From assembly GCA_039798785.1 (NCBI GenBank), contig JBDKFG010000016.1, positions 8,559-72,558 on the forward strand: 64,000 bases of DNA, given 5' to 3'. Position 1 is the stretch's first letter, and each line of letters begins with the position of its first letter. The position numbers were made by a program, and so were the translations under genes. Shown piece by piece: positions 1-7,930 of the stretch. Under the pieces are notes generated by a model that was not told the DNA's origin, did no database searches, and saw only the letters and a list, made by a program, of their open reading frames with translations. Origin of the DNA: Verrucomicrobiota bacterium. GTDB taxonomy: Bacteria; Verrucomicrobiota; Lentisphaeria; Lentisphaerales; Lentisphaeraceae.

Positions 1-970
1 GACTCTTCCTCTGATCGTTCTCATCGCCGGTCTCCTGCTGCTGATTTGGAGTTCCGGCCGTTTCGTCGACGGCGCCTCCTCCACCGCCCGCCACCTCGGT
101 ATGTCGCCGCTGCTGGTCGGGATCATCGTCGTCGGCTTCGGTACCTCGGCGCCGGAGATGCTGGTCTCATTTCTTGCGGCGCAATCGGGTTCACCGCAGC
201 TCGCCCTCGGCAACGCTTATGGATCGAACATCGCCAACATCGCCCTCGTTCTCGGCGTCACCGCCCTGGTCAGTCCCATCGCGGTGCATTCGGGCATCTT
301 GCGCCGCGAGCTGCCGATCCTGCTGGCGGTCACCGCCCTCAGTTTCGGGTTGATCTTCGACGGCGAGCTTTCGCGCATTGACGCGGCTATCCTCTTTTCA
401 TCGTTCGCGGCCTTCATGGTCTTCTCGGTCCGTTCCAGCTTGCAACAGCCGCAGGATGCCTTGGTGCAGGAGGAAATCTTGGAGAGTCAGACGCCGGCCT
501 TGTCGAAAAGCGCCGGCTGGTTCTGGCTGATCTTCGGCTTCCTCGTCCTGCTCGGCAGCTCCCGCATCCTGGTCTGGGGCGCCGTGGAGATCGCCAAGGG
601 CTTGGGGGTGAGCGACCTGATCATCGGCCTGACCATCCTGGCGGTCGGCACCTCGCTGCCCGAGCTCGCCTCGTCGATCGCCGCGGCGCGCAAGAACGAG
701 CACGAGCTCGCTCTTGGCAACATCCTCGGCTCGAACCTGTTCAACACTTTGATGGTGGTCGGCATCGCGGTGGCGGTGAAGCCCTTTCCGGTCGATCCCG
801 GCATCCTCCACCGCGACTTCCCGGTGATGTCGGGCCTGACCCTGGCCTTGCTGCCGCTGGTGATGGATCGCCGCGGTGAACACCGTCTCGGGCGCATCGG
901 CGGCTTCATCCTGCTTGTCGTCTTCCTTGCCTACAACCTCTGGCTCTGCCTGGGCAGCAGCCCGGGATGA
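1..970 (+). CDS. Calcium/sodium antiporter (CaCA/YrbG family); 5' end at the window edge
   Basis: Two alpha-repeat motifs GTSAPE and GTSLPE with GN(A/I)xGSN. The frame is open from position 2 (TLPLIVLIAGLLLLIWSSGRFVDGA...), so the start lies at or just before position 1. Confidence 0.9.
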   Translation, partial: TLPLIVLIAGLLLLIWSSGRFVDGASSTARHLGMSPLLVGIIVVGFGTSAPEMLVSFLAAQSGSPQLALGNAYGSNIANIALVLGVTALVSPIAVHSGILRRELPILLAVTALSFGLIFDGELSRIDAAILFSSFAAFMVFSVRSSLQQPQDALVQEEILESQTPALSKSAGWFWLIFGFLVLLGSSRILVWGAVEIAKGLGVSDLIIGLTILAVGTSLPELASSIAAARKNEHELALGNILGSNLFNTLMVVGIAVAVKPFPVDPGILHRDFPVMSGLTLALLPLVMDRRGEHRLGRIGGFILLVVFLAYNLWLCLGSSPG

Positions 971-973
971 AGC

Positions 974-2152
974 TCAGGCGGCGCTCTTGCGGTCCCTCCA
1001 CAGGCCGGCGGACATCCACAGCACCGAGAGGAAGACGATCAGCAGGGTCATGCCTGTCGGCAGGATTTTCAACTTCAGGCCTTCGGGGATCTTGAGGAAG
1101 AGAAGGATGGTGATCAAGCCGCGGGGCATCAGATAGGGGAGGGAGTGCATCGGCTCGTTCTTCATCAGCCCTTTGAGGCAGAGGACTCGCAAGAGGATGA
1201 GCCCGGCGAGGCAGGCGCCGGCCCAGATCCAGGGTTCGCGGACGCCGAGATCGCTGATTTCGACCGAGAAGCCGAGGAAGACGAAGAAGACGGTGCGAAC
1301 GAAGAAGGCGGCTTCGGCGGTGAGGTGGTGGAGCTGGTGCATTTCCTCGTTGAGGCGCTGGCTGTGGACTTTTTTCATCACCCGAGCCAGCCAGGGATGG
1401 TGGAGATTGCTGGCGTAGAGGCCGAAGGCGAGGATGATCAGCAGCGCCGGAAGGTGCAGCAGGCCGCCGACGGCGTAGAGCAGGATCAGCGAGGCGATGA
1501 CCGGCAGGTGGCGCACCCGCGCCACCACCTTGTCCATGAAGACTGCCAGGAGGATGATGCTGACCAGGGCGATGAGCAAGACGGCGACCAGCTTGCCGCT
1601 GACTTCCACCAGGACCAGAGGGCTGAAGCTGTCGGTTTCGATCAGCAGGCTGAAGAGCATCACTCCGAGGACGTCGGAGAAGGAGCTTTCGTAGATGACG
1701 AACTCGCGTTCTGCCGGGGGCAGGCGTGCGGCCGAGGGGATGGCGATAGCGCTGCTGATGATCGCCAGGGGCACCGCATTGATCATGCAGACCCGGAAGG
1801 ACTGCTCGGTGAAGAAGCTGAAGCCGATCGCCAGGGCCAGGCTGCCGAAAACCAGGAGGAGGGCGGCGGCCCAGAGCGAGCGGCGGATGATGGTGCGCTT
1901 CTCGGCAGTGATCTCGAGCTCCATCGAGCCTTCCAGGACGATCAGAATCAATCCGATGGTGCCGATCACCGGCAGGCTGGCATCGACGAAGGAGAAATCG
2001 AGGCCGGCGTAGTCGGTCAGTGCCTTCAGCCCCAGTCCAGTGCCGAGCAGGAAGAGCACCGTCGGCACCTTCAATCGCTTTCCAAAATGGTCCCAGACGA
2101 AGGCGCAGAGGACCAAGGCGCTGAAAAAGATCAGGATCAGATAGGGGGTCAT
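974..2152 (-). CDS. Cation:proton antiporter (CPA superfamily) membrane protein
   Basis: 392 aa polytopic protein with IVLEGSMEL, ESSFSDVLG, FFVFLG and PRGLIT motifs typical of CPA exchangers. Confidence 0.8.
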   Translation of the reverse strand: MTPYLILIFFSALVLCAFVWDHFGKRLKVPTVLFLLGTGLGLKALTDYAGLDFSFVDASLPVIGTIGLILIVLEGSMELEITAEKRTIIRRSLWAAALLLVFGSLALAIGFSFFTEQSFRVCMINAVPLAIISSAIAIPSAARLPPAEREFVIYESSFSDVLGVMLFSLLIETDSFSPLVLVEVSGKLVAVLLIALVSIILLAVFMDKVVARVRHLPVIASLILLYAVGGLLHLPALLIILAFGLYASNLHHPWLARVMKKVHSQRLNEEMHQLHHLTAEAAFFVRTVFFVFLGFSVEISDLGVREPWIWAGACLAGLILLRVLCLKGLMKNEPMHSLPYLMPRGLITILLFLKIPEGLKLKILPTGMTLLIVFLSVLWMSAGLWRDRKSAA

Positions 2153-2348
2153 GGTAAACTCCTGAAGCGACTTATTATGAAAGGCGGAGTGGCCAAGATA
2201 CTCCTGTGTTCTGATCAGACCCGCATTTTTGCCGCTGTTGCGCTATTCATCAGCTCTTCGACACGCCGATTTTCGGTGGAATCGCTTCCATGGGATTTGC
2301 GGGAAGAATTCTCATCGCGTAGGTTTTGTTTGCTGCTGTCGGCAGCAT

Positions 2349-2401
2349 GGGGTGCTGGATTCCTTCGGATCGAGCAGAAAAGGACGGTCGGGCCGCCGTC
2401 C
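2349..2401 (+). ncRNA. nhaA-I-like riboswitch candidate (Li+-sensing class)
   Basis: GGGGTGCT...AGCAG first stem, then a GGACGG-TCGGGCCG-CCGTCC hairpin containing GGTCGGGCCGCC, the conserved core I recall for nhaA-I. It lies 25 nt upstream of the ATG of a Na+/H+ antiporter. Confidence 0.7.
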
Positions 2402-2426
2402 AGCGTGCAAACCCAGGAGATTGATC

Positions 2427-3749
2427 ATGTCCGCTCTCTTTGCGATTGCCACATCGGCGGCATCTCCATTTCATTCCCTTGGCTGGATCTGTCTCGGCCT
2501 CTTCATCGCCTCTCTCGCCCTGGTGGTGCTGGAGGAGCGTTTGCATCTGCGCAAGTCGAAGCCGGTGATCCTCGCCGCCTGTGCGATCTGGACCCTGATC
2601 TGCATCGTCCAGGGCGGCGATCCCGAGGCCAAGGCGGCGATCACCAGCCGTCTCCACCACATGCTGGCGGAGTATTGCGACCTGCTGCTCTTCCTGATGG
2701 TGGCGATGGTCTATGTCGGCGCGATGAAGGCGCTGGGTGTCTTCAACATCCTGAGGGCGAAATTGATGGGGGCCTCGCTCGGCTATCACGGCTTGTACTG
2801 GGCCCTTGGAGCCTGCGCCTTCTGCATCTCGCCCTTCGCCGACAACCTGACGACGGCGATGGTGATGGGCTCGGTGGTGCTGGCGGTGGCCAACGGCGAC
2901 CGCCGCTTCGCGGTGCCGGGATTCATCCACGTCGTCGTCGCCGCCAATGCCGGCGGCGTGCCCTCGCCCTTCGGCGATGTCACCTCGCTGATGGTCTGGC
3001 AGCGCGGCAAGCTGGCGATCGATGAGTTCCTTCCTCTGATCCCTCCGGCCCTGATCGCCTGGCTCGTCCCGGCGCTGCTGATGAGCTTCTTCCTGCCCAA
3101 GTCGAGCCCGCTGGTCGACGCCGAGCCGGCGCCGGTGTCTAAGAACGGCATCGTCGTCGTCATCCTCTTCGCCGTCACCATCGTCTTCTCGGTGGTGATG
3201 AAGCACCGCTACGGCCTGCCGCCTTCGCTCGGCATGATGACAGGCTTCGGCTTCTTCGCCATCCACTCCTATTTCGCCACCCGTTCGGCGGTGCGGCAGT
3301 CCGAGCTCGAAGAGGCGAAGCGGGCCGACATCTTCACCATGGTGGAGAAGAGCGAGTTCGACACCCTGCTGTTCTTCTTCGGCGTCATCTTCGCCATCGG
3401 CGGCCTCAGCCATCTCGGCTGGCTGGCGATGCTCAACTCCCAGGTCGTCGAGCACTGGGGCTGCACCAGCCTCTGCGTCCTCGCCGGCCTGCTCTCCTGC
3501 ATCGTCGACAACATCCCGATGATGTACGCGGTGCTCGAGATGAATCCGGAGATGAGTCTATGGCATTGGCAGCTGGTCACCCTGACCACCGGCATCGGCG
3601 GCTCGATCCTGGCTGTCGGCTCCGCCGCCGGCGTCGCCTTGATGGGCGTCGCCAAGGGCGAGTACACCTTCATGGCCCATCTGCGCTACTCCTGGGCGGT
3701 CCTCATCGGCTTCTTCGCCGCCGTCGGCGTCCATTGCCTGATGCGCTGA
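2427..3749 (+). CDS. nhaD: NhaD-family Na+/H+ antiporter
   Basis: EERLHLRKSKPV, SPFADNLTT, AANAGG..SPFGDVT, DNIP and GGSILAVGSAAGV motifs; AGGAGA RBS before ATG 2427. Confidence 0.85.
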   Translation: MSALFAIATSAASPFHSLGWICLGLFIASLALVVLEERLHLRKSKPVILAACAIWTLICIVQGGDPEAKAAITSRLHHMLAEYCDLLLFLMVAMVYVGAMKALGVFNILRAKLMGASLGYHGLYWALGACAFCISPFADNLTTAMVMGSVVLAVANGDRRFAVPGFIHVVVAANAGGVPSPFGDVTSLMVWQRGKLAIDEFLPLIPPALIAWLVPALLMSFFLPKSSPLVDAEPAPVSKNGIVVVILFAVTIVFSVVMKHRYGLPPSLGMMTGFGFFAIHSYFATRSAVRQSELEEAKRADIFTMVEKSEFDTLLFFFGVIFAIGGLSHLGWLAMLNSQVVEHWGCTSLCVLAGLLSCIVDNIPMMYAVLEMNPEMSLWHWQLVTLTTGIGGSILAVGSAAGVALMGVAKGEYTFMAHLRYSWAVLIGFFAAVGVHCLMR

Positions 3750-3890
3750 GGGCGTAAAGCGGACTGTCTCCGCAACCTAACTGGGACACAACTGAGACAT
3801 AGTTGGGACATGGTTTGGGAAGTACAAAGGACAGGCCTTCCAGCCCCCAACTTCTTGTTTTTGCTTGCAGGACTGCGGCTGGAGGGGCCT

Positions 3891-3920
3891 AAAAAAGCCT
3901 CCTCCGGCGGGGAGGAGGCT
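3891..3920 (-). terminator. Intrinsic terminator
   Basis: AGCCTCCTCC/GGAGGAGGCT stem with an A6 tract (U tract on minus strand) downstream of 3940..5601. Confidence 0.7.
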
Positions 3921-3939
3921 CTGGCGCGGCAGTTACGGA

Positions 3940-5601
3940 TCAGTGGCCGTTGGCGCCGCCGAAGACGAAGTAGCGGAGCCAGACGTAAACTGCGGCGACG
4001 CAGACGGTGGCAAGCATGATCGGGAAGCCGATCTTGGTGAAGGCGCCGAAGCTCACCGGAGCGCCCGATTTGTCGCCGATCTTGGCGGCGATGATGTTGG
4101 CCGAGGAGCCGATCAGCGAGCCGTTGCCGCCGAGGCAGGTACCGAGCAGCAGCGACCAGATCATCGCCTGGGCTTCGGGGTGCATCAGATCGCCGCCGTA
4201 GTCGACGCCGATGATGTGCTTGACCAGTGGGCACATGGCGATGATGAAGGGGGTGTTGTCGAGGAAGGCGGAGAGGATGGCCGAGCCGAAGAGGATGATC
4301 ATGCAGGTGACGAGGTGGTTGTGGCTGATCCCCATGATCATGTCGGCGAGCTTGAGGATGAGGCCGTTGTGCTCGAGGGCGCCGATGACGATGAAGAGGC
4401 CGCAGTAGTAGAGGATGGCGTCCCATTCGACGGTCTTGTACATCTTGTCGGATTCCTCGCGGCAGAGCAGCAGCATCAAGGCCATCGCCGACAGGGCGAT
4501 GATGCCGATGGGGATGGTGATGCCGGCGCCGGCGTCCTTCAGAGCCTGGTCGGGGTTAGCGATGATGGTGCCGGCCTTCTCCGAGATGCCCAGCTTGGCG
4601 CAGCGTTCCATCAATTCAGGCTGGTTCTGGATGCTGGCCATGAAGAGCTCGGTGGCGACCAGGACGTCGTAGTCCTTGCCCTTGCGGGCGGCGAAAGAGT
4701 CGATCTCGGCACTGAAATTGTCTTCGGTGAGGATGGCGGCGGCCCCGGCTTCCTTGGCGATCTTGGCGCGGGCCTCGTCGTGGACCAGGACCCCGACGCG
4801 TTTGGCGGTGGCGTCGGCGATCGGGGTTTGGACGATGAAGGCGACGAGCATCGCGGCGAAGACGCCGAGGCAGATGTTCATCTTCTTGCGGTTGCGGATG
4901 GCGAGTTCAGGGTGGGAGTCGAGGATGCGGACGCGGATGCGTTCGGGGACCTGCAGTTTCGAGCGGAGGGAGAGGACGACGACGCCGATGAAGAGGGCGG
5001 CGATGACGAAGGCGATCGGGGTCATGTGGTAGATGAAGGGCATGAAGCCCATGCCGAGGTAGGAGCCGAGGATGGCGTTGGGCGGGTCGCCGATGTAGGT
5101 GGCGACGCCGCCGATGTTGGAGGCCATCGCGGAGAAGACGATCAGCGGCACCATCGGCAGCTCGAGGATCTGAGCGATCAGGACCGTCACCGGGATGATC
5201 ATGATGACGACGGTGACGTTGGGGAGGAAGCAGGAGAGCAGCATGTTGATGGTGAGGAGGGCGATGACGATTTTGACGCCGTCGCCCTTGAGCTTCTTGG
5301 CGGCGGAGACCGCGATCCATTCGATGAAGCCGGTTTCGGCGAGGATGGCGACCGAGGTCATCATGCCGACGAGGAGGAAGAGGACGTTGAGGTCGACGCA
5401 GGCGAGGGCGGCCTTGATGTCGATACATCCCGAGGCGATGACCGCGGCGGCGCCGAAGATGGCGGCGAGGGATCGTTCGATGATTTCGGTGGTGAGGCAG
5501 ACGTAGAGGAGGGCGAAGATGCCGAGGCAGAGCCAGGCCTTGGCGGTGAGAGGGTCCGAGGCGCCGGAGTTGGCGAGCAGGGGGAGGAGGTTGGCGAGCA
5601 T
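3940..5601 (-). CDS. ArsB/NhaD/SLC13 (P-protein-like) ion transporter
   Basis: ASNIGGVATYIGDPPN, SAFLDNTP and LGGNGSLIGSSANII motifs, with a soluble insertion in mid-protein. Confidence 0.85.
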   Translation of the reverse strand: MLANLLPLLANSGASDPLTAKAWLCLGIFALLYVCLTTEIIERSLAAIFGAAAVIASGCIDIKAALACVDLNVLFLLVGMMTSVAILAETGFIEWIAVSAAKKLKGDGVKIVIALLTINMLLSCFLPNVTVVIMIIPVTVLIAQILELPMVPLIVFSAMASNIGGVATYIGDPPNAILGSYLGMGFMPFIYHMTPIAFVIAALFIGVVVLSLRSKLQVPERIRVRILDSHPELAIRNRKKMNICLGVFAAMLVAFIVQTPIADATAKRVGVLVHDEARAKIAKEAGAAAILTEDNFSAEIDSFAARKGKDYDVLVATELFMASIQNQPELMERCAKLGISEKAGTIIANPDQALKDAGAGITIPIGIIALSAMALMLLLCREESDKMYKTVEWDAILYYCGLFIVIGALEHNGLILKLADMIMGISHNHLVTCMIILFGSAILSAFLDNTPFIIAMCPLVKHIIGVDYGGDLMHPEAQAMIWSLLLGTCLGGNGSLIGSSANIIAAKIGDKSGAPVSFGAFTKIGFPIMLATVCVAAVYVWLRYFVFGGANGH

Positions 5602-5616
5602 GGGTTGGGTTTCCGA

Positions 5617-6555
5617 TCAGCTTTTGATGACGAGGAGGTTGCCGACGATGGCGTGGCGGTCGATGACGCCGAGGAGCAGGCCCTTGTCGTCGACGACGTA
5701 GAGGTGGTGGCGGCCGCGGGTAGTCATCTCGAAGAGCATTTCCATCACCGTCGCATCGGGGGCGATGGTCGGGGTTTCATGTTCGGGCTTGGCCTCTTCG
5801 AGCTTGTGGCTGCGGGCGGCCAGGAAGTATTTCTCGAAGGGGTTCATGTTCTTGAAGTAGGAGATGTTCTGCAGCTGGGTGAAGAATTTCGGCAGGCCGA
5901 ACATGAAGAGGTCGTGGCAGGTGAATTCGTAGAGGAGGCGCCCTTCGGCGTCGACCACCGGGAGCGAGTCGATGTTGTGGCGGTGGAGTTCGTTGGCGGC
6001 GGCTTCGATGGTCATGTCCAGGCTCAGGTGGGTGACCTGGGGCTTCATCAGGTCGCGGGCCAGCAGGTGCTGGTCGACCTCGATATCGTCCTTCAGGATC
6101 AGCCAGTGGACTTCGATGTCGGTCTTGGCGTTTTGGACGCGCAGCCGCTGATCTTCGGAGTGGATGAGGAACTGGGTCAAGGCGGCGCGCGGGGTGAAGA
6201 CCAGGTTGGGCTGGTTGCGCGGCACCAGGGAGAAGATCAGGAAGTGGACGGGCAGGCCGTCGACCGAGGCGAATTCGACGCCTTCAGGGGCGACGAAGAG
6301 CGCCATGTGGAAGTGTTTCAGGCCATCGAGCCGTGCGTGCGGGTAGGCGAAGCCTTCGCCGACGCCGGTGGTGTGGTCGTGTTCGCGGGCGATCAGCGCC
6401 TGGGTGATGGTGGCGACGCTGATCGATTCCTCCTTCAAGAGGCCGCGACGGTCCATCTCGGCGACCATTTCTGCGATCATCGCGGCCTTTGCTTGCGCCT
6501 GCGGGCGGAAATTGGCGACGATCGCCTCCGGCCCGATCATTTCACTGAGTTTCAT
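5617..6555 (-). CDS. PTS EIIA-like domain + tandem CBS domain protein
   Basis: ARE..TTGVGEGFAYPHAR (EIIA-2 phospho-His motif) followed by CBS repeats (ARDLMKP..SLPVVD; HLYVVD..LLGVI). Start set at MKLSEMI (6555). Confidence 0.8.
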   Translation of the reverse strand: MKLSEMIGPEAIVANFRPQAQAKAAMIAEMVAEMDRRGLLKEESISVATITQALIAREHDHTTGVGEGFAYPHARLDGLKHFHMALFVAPEGVEFASVDGLPVHFLIFSLVPRNQPNLVFTPRAALTQFLIHSEDQRLRVQNAKTDIEVHWLILKDDIEVDQHLLARDLMKPQVTHLSLDMTIEAAANELHRHNIDSLPVVDAEGRLLYEFTCHDLFMFGLPKFFTQLQNISYFKNMNPFEKYFLAARSHKLEEAKPEHETPTIAPDATVMEMLFEMTTRGRHHLYVVDDKGLLLGVIDRHAIVGNLLVIKS

Positions 6556-6871
6556 GTCGATTCCTTGGGTTTGAAAAAAACGCCGAGAATAGAATGCCAG
6601 TGGAGACCGATACAAGGAATACGGGTCAATTATTGGGTCTCTGTCCATCATCCGTAAATGCTTGTTTCCCAATATAAAAAAGGCGCTTGATCGCTTGCGG
6701 AGCTCCGACTCCGGAAGGTCGAATGGGGGCTATGACACAAAATGTGCATAAAGAAGCGGGGGTCGCGTGGCTGGCCTGCCAGGTCGACCGGAAGCGGACG
6801 GAAGAAGCCGCCGCCGGCTTGAGGGCCGGCGGCGGCGGAAAATGCGTCATCGACCACGCGTGGTCATCGAC

Positions 6872-7372
6872 TCAGGCTTCTTCGGCGAAGCGCTCGCGGA
6901 GTTCTTCCATCCCCAGTTCGATCAGCGAGCTGCAGTTCTCGCTGAGGATCTGTCCTTTGCGGGTCGGCTTGCCGGCTTCCATGGCTTCGACGGTTTCGAG
7001 CATGATGAACATGGCGCAGCCGAGGGCGACGAGGAGGGGTCGGGTCTCTTCCAGTTCGTCGAGGTAGGCGACGATGGCATCGTCTTCAAGTTCCTTGTTG
7101 ACGCCGAGGAGGCTGCGGAGGCGTTTCACCACGGCCTGGGTCTCCGCTTCCTCCTTGTGCATCTCGTGGACGCCGACGATGAAGGCGGTGAAGAGCGTGC
7201 CGGCCTTTTCGGCGCCTTCCTCGTCGCCGGCTTCCTCGGCGGTGAGATCGCGGTCTTCGATGGCGATGATGAAGCGGGCGAAGTCCTCCGGGCTGCTGAT
7301 CAGCTGGCTGAGATCGGGCTGTTCGCCGCGGAGGAGGGCGTCGATGGCGGTGGCGATGGCTGGCTGGGACAT
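6872..7372 (-). CDS. Hypothetical acidic helical protein
   Basis: 166 aa ORF with host-like codon usage, followed by a GC hairpin at about 6808-6837. Confidence 0.6.
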   Translation of the reverse strand: MSQPAIATAIDALLRGEQPDLSQLISSPEDFARFIIAIEDRDLTAEEAGDEEGAEKAGTLFTAFIVGVHEMHKEEAETQAVVKRLRSLLGVNKELEDDAIVAYLDELEETRPLLVALGCAMFIMLETVEAMEAGKPTRKGQILSENCSSLIELGMEELRERFAEEA

Positions 7373-7484
7373 GGAAGCTCCTAGGCTGTTGATTGCGGCG
7401 GGAATCTAGGCGCCCGTCGCAAAAAATCTCGACATGTGCCAGTCCAACAAGGGCAAGTCGACAACAAGGGCAAGTCGAAAGATC

Positions 7485-7883
7485 TCAGGTCTTGAGGAGG
7501 CCGAGGCCGCGGAAGCAGCCGGTGAACTTCTCCATCGAGATCGGTTTGATGATATAATCGTCGCAGGCGACGCGGAAGGCGTGCGAGATCACCTTGCGGT
7601 CGTCGCTGCCGGTGATCATCACCACCTTGCAGCGCTTGTCGGCCGGGATGTCCCGCAGGTCTTCGAAGCTGCGGATCAGGTTGACCACCACCGTGCCGCT
7701 GATTTCGGGCATGGTGTAGTCGACGGTGATGAGGTCGTAGGGACACCCCTTCAGAAGGGCCTTTTTGACCAGCTGCAATCCGGCTTCGCCGCTGTCTGCG
7801 GTGTCGACATCGCCGAAGCGCGACAGGGCCGGCTTCAGCAGCATCTGGGTGACCAAGTCGTCATCTATGCAAAGGATCTTCAT
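7485..7883 (-). CDS. Single-domain response regulator (CheY-like)
   Basis: ILCIDDD, LITVDYTMP, MITG and YIIKP receiver motifs; directly downstream of cheA. Confidence 0.85.
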   Translation of the reverse strand: MKILCIDDDLVTQMLLKPALSRFGDVDTADSGEAGLQLVKKALLKGCPYDLITVDYTMPEISGTVVVNLIRSFEDLRDIPADKRCKVVMITGSDDRKVISHAFRVACDDYIIKPISMEKFTGCFRGLGLLKT

Positions 7884-7930
7884 TTTCGGGACCTCCGGCT
7901 AAGGGGGGGTTCTGGCGTGAGATTGAATTG

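Noticed and set aside
3865..6657. 930-aa plus-strand ORF, and similar long antisense or alternate-frame ORFs such as 1145..3025, 44263..46263 and 8076..9929
   Set aside because: Antisense or alternate-frame shadows of well-supported genes in high-GC DNA
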